This document shows positions 18,340-26,562 of a DNA stretch of 43,019 nt, piece after piece. The stretch's first letter is position 1. The number at the start of each line of letters is the position of its first letter. The notes beneath the pieces were generated by a model. The model was given only the letters and a program-made list of their open reading frames with translations, was not told the origin of the DNA and did no database searches. The stretch lies in UHGV virus genome UHGV-0241105, one strand, 5' to 3'. Origin of the DNA: a virus. The position numbers and the translations under genes were made by a program.

Positions 18340-18583
18340 AGATATGAAAGCACAAAAATGGAACTGTAAAATAAAGAAATATTACGACTATGATTTACCC
18401 GAAGGGGCATGTCTATACAGCGATGATATGAACAAAATAGTGGCATGTGCTCAATGCGGACGAAAAATGCTATTTGGTGATGGCTACACATCAATACAAA
18501 TAAATACTGAGTACGGTTTTGGATATGCAGTATGTGAACAGTGCTATAACGAAGAGTGGCAAGAGGAGCGAGAAAATGATTAA
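18320..18583 (+). CDS. Zinc-finger-like protein
   Basis: CAQC...CEQC. Confidence 0.65.
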   Translation: MTDMRIRDMKAQKWNCKIKKYYDYDLPEGACLYSDDMNKIVACAQCGRKMLFGDGYTSIQINTEYGFGYAVCEQCYNEEWQEEREND

Positions 18584-18758
18584 ACCAGGCACGAGACTGA
18601 CTATAAAATTTATAGATAACACAAAAAAGACATACGAGTGCGTTACTGATGTTGATATAGTGCAACCGTGGATAGATGGTGGATATCTGAGATTTTATCA
18701 AGGCATGGAGAAAACAATTATACCCCTTAAGACGATTAAGGATTATAAAGAGGAGTGA
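18519..18758 (+). CDS. Hypothetical protein (true start probably the later MIKPG ATG)
   Basis: GAGGAG RBS precedes the internal ATG. Confidence 0.55.
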   Translation: MDMQYVNSAITKSGKRSEKMIKPGTRLTIKFIDNTKKTYECVTDVDIVQPWIDGGYLRFYQGMEKTIIPLKTIKDYKEE

Positions 18759-18764
18759 TAGAAA

Positions 18765-19322
18765 ATGATTAAAACAGATAAGGCAATTTATAGGACAAGA
18801 ACCCTAACGGAATATGATTGGCTGATGGAGAACCTAGAGGAAGCAGGGTGCACGTGGGTTGATGGGAAAAAACCAAGCGAGTCGGCTAAATTTTATAGGT
18901 ATATATCCGATACGTGCATTTTTGTGGAGGATAAAAAACTAACATATGCAGATTTTGATTTTTATAATAATAAATCATATTCAGACTACAAAGGCTATGA
19001 ATTTATCGAAGTATCAGACCTAATGGGTCAACCATACAAAGATACAAAAGGGAAGCCTAAGCTATCGCTCGTGCCACCACAGGTGCTTTTTGATATAGCA
19101 GAAGTAAGAGAGTATGGGAATGCAAAATACCCTGCGGACGGAGCAGATAACTGGAAGAGGGTTGATATTAACGATTACAAAGACGCATTGCTAAGACATA
19201 CCATGAAGTACATACAAAACCCGGAAGGTAAAGACGAAGAAAGCGGGATAGAACATTATAAGCACATGGCATGTAACATTGCTTTTATTTGTGAAATGGA
19301 GAGGAAAGATGAGCAAGATTAA
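18765..19322 (+). CDS. Protein with C-terminal DUF5664 (dATP/dGTP diphosphohydrolase-like) domain
   Basis: KDTKGKPKLSLVP...YGNAKY....NWK...ALLRH...DEESG..H..HMACN pattern. Confidence 0.75.
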   Translation: MIKTDKAIYRTRTLTEYDWLMENLEEAGCTWVDGKKPSESAKFYRYISDTCIFVEDKKLTYADFDFYNNKSYSDYKGYEFIEVSDLMGQPYKDTKGKPKLSLVPPQVLFDIAEVREYGNAKYPADGADNWKRVDINDYKDALLRHTMKYIQNPEGKDEESGIEHYKHMACNIAFICEMERKDEQD

Positions 19323-19569
19323 AATATGTAAGTGGTGCGGAAAAGAGTTTGTTAGCACTGGCAAAGAACAGAGTTGTAGTGATGAGTGCAGGAAAGAATC
19401 GTATAAGGCATATAAGCAAAGGTATAATAAAGCGAGATATCAAAAGAAAAAACCAAAAGACTCTAACCTAAACGAGAAAATTGCTGAAGCAAATAGAAGA
19501 GGAATAAGCTATGGGCAGCTCGTGGCGGAGAAATACAACGTTCCTATATGCGGAAAGAAGACAATATGA
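19279..19569 (+). CDS. Basic zinc-finger-like hypothetical protein
   Basis: CKWC...CSDEC and GISYGQ motifs; likely start at MSKIK. Confidence 0.6.
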   Translation: MLLFVKWRGKMSKIKICKWCGKEFVSTGKEQSCSDECRKESYKAYKQRYNKARYQKKKPKDSNLNEKIAEANRRGISYGQLVAEKYNVPICGKKTI

Positions 19570-19727
19570 CAGACACAGAGATACTAAAATTATTCCTAAA
19601 AGACAGCATAGCATCAGAATTTATATGTGAAGAAATGTTTGATAGTAAATGGTGCGAGAATCACTGCGGAAAAGGACAGGAACGTCCAGATATAGAATGT
19701 GTAAGGAAATACTATGAAGAAAATTAA
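19566..19727 (+). CDS. Hypothetical Cys-rich 53-aa protein (not in ORF track)
   Basis: ATGA overlap; MTDTEILKLF...ECVRKYYEEN* fills the gap between neighbouring ORFs. Confidence 0.5.
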   Translation: MTDTEILKLFLKDSIASEFICEEMFDSKWCENHCGKGQERPDIECVRKYYEEN

Positions 19728-21201
19728 ACTAACAAAAACTACAACAGAGATACTCCCAAAGACTTTTGAGGAATGGGTCGAGATACACGGGGAGCCAGAG
19801 TACCTATACGAGCCCTCTCCTAAGATAAAAAAGAAGCTAGACATACACGTAACAGACTGCGAGGAGGAGCACATAGAGGTAGACACAGAGGGAATTTTCC
19901 CTGAGAACAAAAACGGCAATCAGGTGATAAATTACAAGAAATTTATAGATGCCTTTATTCAGATAAATCAGTGTGTCTACTGTAATGGTACCTTTTACAC
20001 CCCAGAGGGTGCTGTAAGCAATCAGTCTATTCGTAAAGATATAGCCTATAGCCTTGCTGATATGGGGTGGGTGTCAAAACTAGACGCTCCCACAAACTCA
20101 ATATTCACATCCTTAAAAGATATGTGCCCAGTAGATGAGCTTGAGGTGGATGCTTCTGTAATTCCACTTGCTAATGGGGATCTTCACATAGGCGGCTCTA
20201 CTTGGGAGTTTAGGCTAGGTGAGAAAAAGCCTACACCTTATAGACTCTCTGTAAATTACACCCCTAAAACAGAACCTACACCACTCTTTGATAAGTGGCT
20301 TAAAGACGTATTTGCAGCGGAGGACATTCCAGTAATACAGGAAATCTTTGGTTACTGCCTAGTTCCTACAACTGCTGCTCAGGAAGCCTTTTTCCTAGTA
20401 GGAGACGCAGGAGTAGGAAAGTCAGGAATGGGAGCAATTCTCCGCTCACTCATGGGCGGGGCATTCATACCTATTACAACACAAGACCTTTTGAGTAATC
20501 GCTTTGGAATGTCAAGTGTAGAAAATAAGCTAATCGCATACGATGACGATCTTGGCACAGCAGCACTAGAAGAGACTGGAACACTAAAGAAACTAATAAC
20601 AGCAGACATACCAATCCCAGCTGAGAGAAAATACGCAGACTCTTTTACATTTATTCCGTATGCCAGGATAATTGCTTGTGCCAACTTTATGCTCTCATCT
20701 CTTTATGACGACTCTGACGGCTTTTACAGGAGACTACACCCGATTGTGGTAAAAGACAAAGACCCTAATCGTAAGACAATAAATAAGTTCTACGACATGA
20801 TTGTAAAAGAGGAGAAAGAGCAGATTCTCAGGTGGGCACTAGTAGGCTTAAAAAGAGTTATAAAAAACGGCTGGAAAATCTCCTGGTCAGATAGGTCAAG
20901 AGAATATCTTGGAAACTTTAAGGCACAAACAAACCCAATAGAAGAGTTCTTCAACGCTACAATAGAGCTTGGTGAGGATTACGACATTTCTTTTGCAGAG
21001 ATGAAAAAGACTTTCTCGACTTGGTGTAAAGATAACGGGATAAGAGATATTTCAGATAGAAGACTCTCAAGGTGGCTCTCCGATAATGCCGAGAAAAAGA
21101 GTATTGAGTATGACAAGAATATAAAGCGAGGTAACAAATATGTGAGGGGATATAGAGGGTGTAAAATAAGGTCAGAATGGCTCGACACTATACCGATATA
21201 G
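19714..21201 (+). CDS. SF3 (D5/P4-type) replicative helicase
   Basis: Walker A GDAGVGKS; Walker B AYDDD; LKKLIT, ACAN and GFYRR motifs; C-terminal winged helix. Confidence 0.88.
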   Translation: MKKIKLTKTTTEILPKTFEEWVEIHGEPEYLYEPSPKIKKKLDIHVTDCEEEHIEVDTEGIFPENKNGNQVINYKKFIDAFIQINQCVYCNGTFYTPEGAVSNQSIRKDIAYSLADMGWVSKLDAPTNSIFTSLKDMCPVDELEVDASVIPLANGDLHIGGSTWEFRLGEKKPTPYRLSVNYTPKTEPTPLFDKWLKDVFAAEDIPVIQEIFGYCLVPTTAAQEAFFLVGDAGVGKSGMGAILRSLMGGAFIPITTQDLLSNRFGMSSVENKLIAYDDDLGTAALEETGTLKKLITADIPIPAERKYADSFTFIPYARIIACANFMLSSLYDDSDGFYRRLHPIVVKDKDPNRKTINKFYDMIVKEEKEQILRWALVGLKRVIKNGWKISWSDRSREYLGNFKAQTNPIEEFFNATIELGEDYDISFAEMKKTFSTWCKDNGIRDISDRRLSRWLSDNAEKKSIEYDKNIKRGNKYVRGYRGCKIRSEWLDTIPI

Positions 21202-21482
21202 GATTGCCTAAATTTGCATTTTAGTGACTAAAAAAGTGTCTTACTGCCGACAAAAATTTGATGATGCCTAAAAAATATAGTCAGTAACAGTAATTTTAGA
21301 CAGAATGTTGGCAGGACTTTAGACAGCAAAAAAGTGTCTCAACATATTGGAAAATTAACACTCTAGTCTTTATAGACAGTAATATCTCTATTATTAATAT
21401 AAAAGTAAAAATATATACTATATATAAAGGGATAGGGAAATCGACAGCATAATGACTAAAAATAGAAAGTGAGGTAACAAGA

Positions 21483-22127
21483 TTGGATAAGAAAGAAGAG
21501 CGAGTTAGAATATCTCCCAGAACAGGAAAACCAGTTCAAACAAAATATGCTCCTAAGAATAAACGTAGAAGTAAAAAGAAATATCCGAATAAAAGTGGAA
21601 ATGGTAAAAACTCTCCTGTAATTGGTATGAATGGTTATAACCTTAAAGAGGGTGATAATACAAATGTCATGAAAATCAATATTGCACTGTTTAATATGCC
21701 TGATATTGATATGAACAGTGTTGAGGAGGTGAATAGGAGACTGGGTGAGTATTTTGAGCTTTATGCTAAGTACGACTATAAACCGACTCTTGTTGGTATG
21801 GCGCTTGCTCTTAATGGGATGAGTAAACAAACTCTATGGGCTATTGCTAATGATAGACCTACTGGTAGTGATGGGTATATGTCAGCCTTGCCTTTTGCCG
21901 TCACCGATTCTATCAAAAAAGCGTACAAAATGATGGAGAATATGTGGGAGACCTACATGAACTCTGGAAAGATAAATCCTGTGTCGGGAATCTTCCTCGG
22001 AAAGAACAACTATGGCTATCAAGATAAGACAGAACACATACTAACGCCAAACCCCAATCCTGATGATGAGTATTCAGCAGAGGATATCAAGGCAAGATAT
22101 TTATTAAACGACTCTAAGAAAGAATAA
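21483..22127 (+). CDS. terS: Putative terminase small subunit
   Basis: PTLVGMALAL HTH-like segment and SGKINPVSGIFLGKNNYGYQDK motif typical of DNA-packaging small subunits; GAGG RBS with TTG start. Confidence 0.72.
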   Translation: MDKKEERVRISPRTGKPVQTKYAPKNKRRSKKKYPNKSGNGKNSPVIGMNGYNLKEGDNTNVMKINIALFNMPDIDMNSVEEVNRRLGEYFELYAKYDYKPTLVGMALALNGMSKQTLWAIANDRPTGSDGYMSALPFAVTDSIKKAYKMMENMWETYMNSGKINPVSGIFLGKNNYGYQDKTEHILTPNPNPDDEYSAEDIKARYLLNDSKKE

Positions 22128-22172
22128 CGAGTATAAAAATACCACTCGACTATGAGTGGTATTCTCGTTTTG
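22126..22172 (+). terminator. Hairpin/terminator after terS
   Basis: AATACCACTC-gactat-GAGTGGTATT. Confidence 0.65.
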
Positions 22173-22302
22173 TGAATTATCTATTTCGATATTACGAATA
22201 GAATGCTCTATTTCCTATCTAATTTTAAATCTGAGCAACTTTCTATCAACTTTGGACTCATTGTACCTTTTACAATAAAAAATCGCTTAAAACGAAAATA
22301 AG

Positions 22303-22375
22303 CGACTTTCTAGCGACTATGAAAAATTTTTACGACTATAAAAAATTTACGACTATAAAACCAGTTAGCGACTAT
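22303..22375 (+). repeat. Five CGACT(A/T)T direct repeats
   Basis: Copies at 22303, 22314, 22333, 22350 and 22369; a further copy at 22147. Confidence 0.85.
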
Positions 22376-22584
22376 TAAAATTCTTTGCCAGTTTCTTTAT
22401 CTATCCATGTTATTTTCAGCTCACAGCCTAAAGCGTCAGCAATAGTAATTAAATCTTGCTCACGGAAATTATCACGCGATAACATCTGAGTAAAATTTGT
22501 TTGACTCTTTCCAATCTTTCGAGCTGTCTCCGTGGCTGACGTGCCTTTATAAGCTATGATCATTTTTATTGTCTTTGCTTGCAT
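22375..22584 (-). CDS. Small XRE-type HTH regulator
   Basis: ATETARKIGKSQTNFTQMLSR...IADALGCEL; AGGAGG RBS. Confidence 0.85.
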   Translation of the reverse strand: MQAKTIKMIIAYKGTSATETARKIGKSQTNFTQMLSRDNFREQDLITIADALGCELKITWIDKETGKEF

Positions 22585-22611
22585 TTCTTCACCTCCTAAC
22601 TTATAAGTTAT

Positions 22612-22640
22612 ACAATATCACTTTTAGGTTATTTTGTCAA
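22612..22640 (-). promoter_or_regulatory. Promoter of HTH gene
   Basis: TTGACA-N17-TATTGT, with AAAGTGA abutting the -10. Confidence 0.7.
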
Positions 22641-22717
22641 CCTAAATTTTTTCTTCCTTTATATATAGGCATAATTTTAAAGTTATAAAAAATAATTAAA
22701 AAATTTTAAAAAATCAC

Positions 22718-22745
22718 TTGACAATTATAAATAAAGTGATATACT
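22718..22745 (+). promoter_or_regulatory. Island promoter P1
   Basis: TTGACA-N16-TATACT, extended -10; flanked by ATCACTT...AAGTGAT. Confidence 0.75.
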
Positions 22746-22820
22746 ATAATTACAAAGTGATAAGAAATAACTAAATAGTTATTAAATATCTAAAAAGATA
22801 AGGAAAGAGAGGTAAACAAA

Positions 22821-23141
22821 ATGACAAGAAAGCAAGCAGCGAGATACGCACAGGAATGTAGAAAAGCATATGCAAAAGGAAAGGCAAAGCCAACACCAGA
22901 GGAGGTAGGAATATTTGTACAAAATATTACAATCGACAGTCTAAACAAAACAAATAAAAAAATTATATCAAAAATGACAGTATCACAAACAGTTATTACA
23001 GACCAATTATTATATGTTCTCGATTGGTTGGGTGAATTTACCAAGAAATATCCGGAAGCCGCACCGATATTGAAAATATTAGACACCGCAACAAATGAGA
23101 GTTTTATTGTTCAGGAGTATATTAAGAAAATATCATTATAA
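22821..23141 (+). CDS. Hypothetical protein
   Basis: GAGGT RBS; first gene after P1. Confidence 0.7.
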   Translation: MTRKQAARYAQECRKAYAKGKAKPTPEEVGIFVQNITIDSLNKTNKKIISKMTVSQTVITDQLLYVLDWLGEFTKKYPEAAPILKILDTATNESFIVQEYIKKISL

Positions 23142-23178
23142 AATAGCACAAAAAAGATAAGAAATATTTAAAAAAGTG

Positions 23179-23207
23179 TTGACAAGCAATTAAGAAAGTG
23201 TTATTAT
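23179..23207 (+). promoter_or_regulatory. Island promoter P2
   Basis: TTGACA-N17-TATTAT, with AAAGTGT abutting the -10. Confidence 0.75.
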
Positions 23208-23249
23208 ATAACCAAGATAAGACAAGAAATAACACAGGGAGGTTAAAAG

Positions 23250-23468
23250 ATGATACGCGAACGAAGATTTGAGATTTCTGAGGTTAATAAGATGATAGAT
23301 GACATCATAAGCATTCAGGAAAAATGGGACGGGCTGAACGAGAATACAAAAGATAGGATTAACGACGAATTTTGGGAAAAAGACAGACCGCAAAACCTAA
23401 TAACTAGATTAGATATAGTGCTACATGATTGTTTAGAGATATTAGAGGAGGAAGAAAATGAACATTAA
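23250..23468 (+). CDS. Small acidic hypothetical protein
   Basis: GGAGG RBS; D/E-rich. Confidence 0.7.
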   Translation: MIRERRFEISEVNKMIDDIISIQEKWDGLNENTKDRINDEFWEKDRPQNLITRLDIVLHDCLEILEEEENEH

Positions 23469-23652
23469 AAAATTGATTGAAACAATTGAGAGTCAGGACA
23501 CATGGGATACAGACGAGATGCAAGAGCTATTAAAAATCGCGGGTATTGATCCAACCGCTGCACCGTATGTTGTAGACGGTGAGCCACAAAAGGATCCAGA
23601 GGAAATTTTTGAGGAGGCAAAAATAAAGGTTTTAGGAGGTCAAATAAAATGA
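23458..23652 (+). CDS. Small acidic hypothetical protein
   Basis: GAGGAGG RBS; D/E-rich. Confidence 0.7.
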   Translation: MNIKKLIETIESQDTWDTDEMQELLKIAGIDPTAAPYVVDGEPQKDPEEIFEEAKIKVLGGQIK

Positions 23653-24038
23653 ACGGATATGATTACAGAGAAGCAGTGAAAAATGATATTTTAGAGTATA
23701 TCAGGTGTGAAGTTGATTTTAACGATTTTGGAGATTTAGACGAATTATCGGAACAGTTGAATGAGGATCTATGGACAGTGGACAGCGTAACAGGAAACGC
23801 AAGCGGCAGCTATACCTTTAACACCTACCAAGCAGAAGAAAACATCTGCCACAATCTTGATTTATTAGGGGAAGCATTAGAAGAGTTTGGAAGCGGTGCA
23901 GATTATCTGATACATAATGGTGCGGAGGCGTGCGATGTAACAATTAGGTGTTATTTGTTAAGTGAGTGCATAGCTGAAGCACTAGAAGAGATTGAAGAAG
24001 ATTTTTACACAGATAAAGAAGAGGAGGAAGAAGAATGA
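23649..24038 (+). CDS. Highly acidic protein, candidate DNA mimic
   Basis: 129 aa, D/E-rich throughout with very few K/R; ends EEIEEDFYTDKEEEEE. Confidence 0.7.
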   Translation: MNGYDYREAVKNDILEYIRCEVDFNDFGDLDELSEQLNEDLWTVDSVTGNASGSYTFNTYQAEENICHNLDLLGEALEEFGSGADYLIHNGAEACDVTIRCYLLSECIAEALEEIEEDFYTDKEEEEEE

Positions 24039-24259
24039 ACAAAAGTTATATAGCCGTAACAGTTAAAGAGAATAATCTATTTTATGCTTATATTATGCCT
24101 ATTGTGGATGGGGTCAACGTCAAGCATACACTGGACAGCATAAGAGGGTTGCAATGAGCGGAAATTTATCACACAAAGAAAAAAGCCGCTGCCGTTGCTG
24201 AAGCGTGGAATCAATATTATAAAAAGCATGATAAGTATTTATTTGCTAAACCGTTTTAA
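24035..24259 (+). pseudogene. Small ORF with in-frame premature TGA at 24155-24157
   Basis: MNKSYIAVTVKENN...IRGLQ*AEIYHTKKKAAAVAEAWNQYYKKHDKYLFAKPF*; the frame continues to just before the next RBS. Confidence 0.65.
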
Positions 24260-24276
24260 TTAGGAGGTAAAGAAAA

Positions 24277-24540
24277 ATGACAAAATTTGAAGAGTTATGC
24301 ACAGAATACAGGGAAAACAAAAGAATGATTGAAGAATTGCAGGCAATGAATGAGGATCTAAAAAACAACATTGTTGAGATTATGGGAGATGAAGAAACAA
24401 AAATAGAAGGCAGCACAAAGGCAAGTTATAAGACCGTGGAAAGTCAACGCCTTGACAGTGCCACCCTCAAAAAAGAACAATTCGAATTATATCAAAAATA
24501 TTTGAAGAATACAAGTTATAAAAGGTTTACAGTTTGTTAG
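24277..24540 (+). CDS. Hypothetical protein (coiled coil plus RLD..LK...Y motif resembling the YqaJ C-terminal part)
   Basis: AGGAGG RBS. Confidence 0.7.
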   Translation: MTKFEELCTEYRENKRMIEELQAMNEDLKNNIVEIMGDEETKIEGSTKASYKTVESQRLDSATLKKEQFELYQKYLKNTSYKRFTVC

Positions 24541-24549
24541 GGGGTTACA

Positions 24550-24729
24550 ATGAGAAAAATAAATTTATATATTAACGGTGATTATATATGTAGTTCAAAT
24601 TGTTATCATACGTGTAGAGAATTTACGGACAGAGTGAAAAAGGACAGAAAAATTGTTGTTGCAAGTATTTCAGACAGAGTTATATATATTGAAGATACTG
24701 ATAGAGTTATTGCACATTTTGCAAAGTAA
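24550..24729 (+). CDS. Hypothetical 59-aa protein (not in ORF track)
   Basis: AGGGGG RBS; MRKINLYINGDYICSS...AHFAK*. Confidence 0.6.
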   Translation: MRKINLYINGDYICSSNCYHTCREFTDRVKKDRKIVVASISDRVIYIEDTDRVIAHFAK

Positions 24730-24745
24730 AAGGAGGTATAAAGAT

Positions 24746-24817
24746 ATGTTTATATTAGGTTGCATCTTAGCATTTCCGATCGCCGTTCTGGTCGAAGTTG
24801 TAAAAATGAATAAGTAA
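24746..24817 (+). CDS. 23-aa hydrophobic peptide (not in ORF track)
   Basis: AAGGAGGT RBS; MFILGCILAFPIAVLVEVVKMNK*. Confidence 0.6.
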   Translation: MFILGCILAFPIAVLVEVVKMNK

Positions 24818-24833
24818 ATAAATGGTATAGGAT

Positions 24834-24861
24834 AGCCGCCCATGAGGGCGGTTTTTTATTT
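24834..24861 (+). terminator. Intrinsic terminator closing the island
   Basis: CCGCCC-atga-GGGCGG plus TTTTTT. Confidence 0.88.
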
Positions 24862-25066
24862 ACATTTATCATTCAAGGGTTAATGTATAATTTAATCAAG
24901 ATTAGGTGTATTCTTGGTGGTGTTGGGCTAGAGTGGCAGCGGTTAAGTTGTTGGTGGGGGTAGGGGCTAGGGGGGATAGACACAGCCCCCATAGCGGCTA
25001 GGGAGTACGCCGAATATTCTAAAAAAATAAAAAGACTCTAAAAGTCAATTATTTATCCAAAAAGTA

Positions 25067-25095
25067 TTGACAAACATATTAACTAATGCTACAAT
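25067..25095 (+). promoter_or_regulatory. Promoter of HTH-recombinase-lipoprotein operon
   Basis: TTGACA-N17-TACAAT. Confidence 0.75.
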
Positions 25096-25116
25096 GCAAT
25101 AAATAGGAGGTAGAAC

Positions 25117-25329
25117 ATGGTTACAAACAACATAGAAATAGACGTAAAGATAAAATGTCTTGAAGCAGGCATGACACAACAAGAAGTAGGTGAGGCAATC
25201 GGAACCACAGGGCAGTATGTGAACAGGGTTATAAAGAAGAAGAGTGGAGTTGTAAACAAGACTTTCATTCAGATGATGGAAGCCCTCGGATATGACATTG
25301 AACTCACCTATATTAAAAGAGAAAAATAA
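25117..25329 (+). CDS. XRE-type HTH regulator
   Basis: MTQQEVGEAIGTTGQYVNRVI...MEALGYDIEL. Confidence 0.85.
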   Translation: MVTNNIEIDVKIKCLEAGMTQQEVGEAIGTTGQYVNRVIKKKSGVVNKTFIQMMEALGYDIELTYIKREK

Positions 25330-25353
25330 AAGAGGAGCGGAGGTGAGTATCTC

Positions 25354-26109
25354 GTGAAAAATGCCATTGGTTACATCAGGGTCTCCACAGAGGAGCAGGT
25401 TGGTGATGATAAGTATGGTGTAGAAACACAAAAGCAGGCAATACTAAAATATGCTAAGGAAAATGAGTATGAGATAAAGAAGTGGTTTGTGGATAAAATC
25501 AGCGGGGCGGTTGACGGTAGACCTGAACTTGATAAAATCCTATACGAGCCTGAATCCATGCCAAAGCACGAAGCGGTGATTGTCTTTAAGAGTGATAGAA
25601 TTGCTCGTGATACTAAGCTATATTTCTATTATTTCTACACATTAGAGAAAAGAAACATTAAGCTCTTATCTGCTGTAGAGCAGTTTGATGAGGGAAACGA
25701 TTTTGCCAATATCTATAGGTCTCTGCTAATGTTTGTAGCAGAGCAGGAGAGGAAAAATATTGCACTAAGAACAAGTAAAGGCAGGTCTCTAAAAGCAAAG
25801 TGTGGCGGGTATTCTGGAGGTAATAAACCTTACGGGTATGAGGTAGTGGGCGGTGTTTTATGCCAGAATCCAGAGGAAACGCCTATTGTAAAAACGGTGT
25901 TTTACGAGTATGATAATAAAAAAGCGACATTGGCAGATATTTGTGATGTATTGCAGGAGAGAGGGTATCATACACGTAAAAATAAGAGATTCCAGCCATC
26001 TACTGTGAGAAGTATTTTGTCGAATAGAAAATTTTATGAAGGACTTTACAGGTATGGGAGTGCAGATTGGGTTAAGGGTGTGCATGAGCCTATACTGAGG
26101 GAGGTGTAG
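25354..26109 (+). CDS. Serine recombinase (resolvase catalytic plus recombinase DNA-binding domain)
   Basis: YIRVST, SG..RPEL, DRIAR, PYGY and ILSNRKFYEG motifs. Confidence 0.92.
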   Translation: MKNAIGYIRVSTEEQVGDDKYGVETQKQAILKYAKENEYEIKKWFVDKISGAVDGRPELDKILYEPESMPKHEAVIVFKSDRIARDTKLYFYYFYTLEKRNIKLLSAVEQFDEGNDFANIYRSLLMFVAEQERKNIALRTSKGRSLKAKCGGYSGGNKPYGYEVVGGVLCQNPEETPIVKTVFYEYDNKKATLADICDVLQERGYHTRKNKRFQPSTVRSILSNRKFYEGLYRYGSADWVKGVHEPILREV

Positions 26110-26110
26110 A

Positions 26111-26545
26111 ATGAAACGAGTTTTTGTCATAGTATTAGTGATAGGGATGATAATAGGTTTGTCTGCCTGTGCTGATTCCGATTCAGAAGAGAGTGGTGAT
26201 AAGGAGAAAGCAGAAGTGATATATGAAGACGAATATATCAAAGTAACCAATAGAGGTTTTGAGAAAGATGACTCTACAGGGATGGAATTAGCGATGTTCC
26301 TAGTGGATATTGAGAACAAAACGGACGGAGAAATAACAGTATTACCAATGGACTCTTCTGTGGACGACACGATGGTACAGTTTACGAGTGGTATGCTTGC
26401 TACAATGCAGGGGAAAAAGAAGATATCCCAAGCATGGGGTATTGGCAAGGATTTGCCTAAAGAGAAGATTCAACTGTCGTTAAGTATATGTGATAGTGAA
26501 ATGTCAGAACTAAGAAAGACAGAAATAATAACTGTGGATAAGTAA
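26111..26545 (+). CDS. Lipoprotein (possible superinfection-exclusion or moron product)
   Basis: MKR plus hydrophobic stretch plus LSAC lipobox; acidic linker. Confidence 0.8.
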   Translation: MKRVFVIVLVIGMIIGLSACADSDSEESGDKEKAEVIYEDEYIKVTNRGFEKDDSTGMELAMFLVDIENKTDGEITVLPMDSSVDDTMVQFTSGMLATMQGKKKISQAWGIGKDLPKEKIQLSLSICDSEMSELRKTEIITVDK

Positions 26546-26562
26546 TGAAGTTTATGATTGGT

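Noticed and set aside
18765..19322. Z-genome (2-aminoadenine) pathway
   Set aside because: No PurZ-like synthetase found in the window.
22303..22375. Mini CRISPR array
   Set aside because: Repeats are only 7 bp with 4-12 bp gaps; no cas genes.
23458..23652. AcrIIA4 homologue (MNIKKLIETI versus MNINDLIREI)
   Set aside because: Similarity is limited to the first few residues; not enough for a call.
24155..24157. Genome-wide stop-codon reassignment
   Set aside because: Core genes are intact under the standard code and many end in TGA or TAG.
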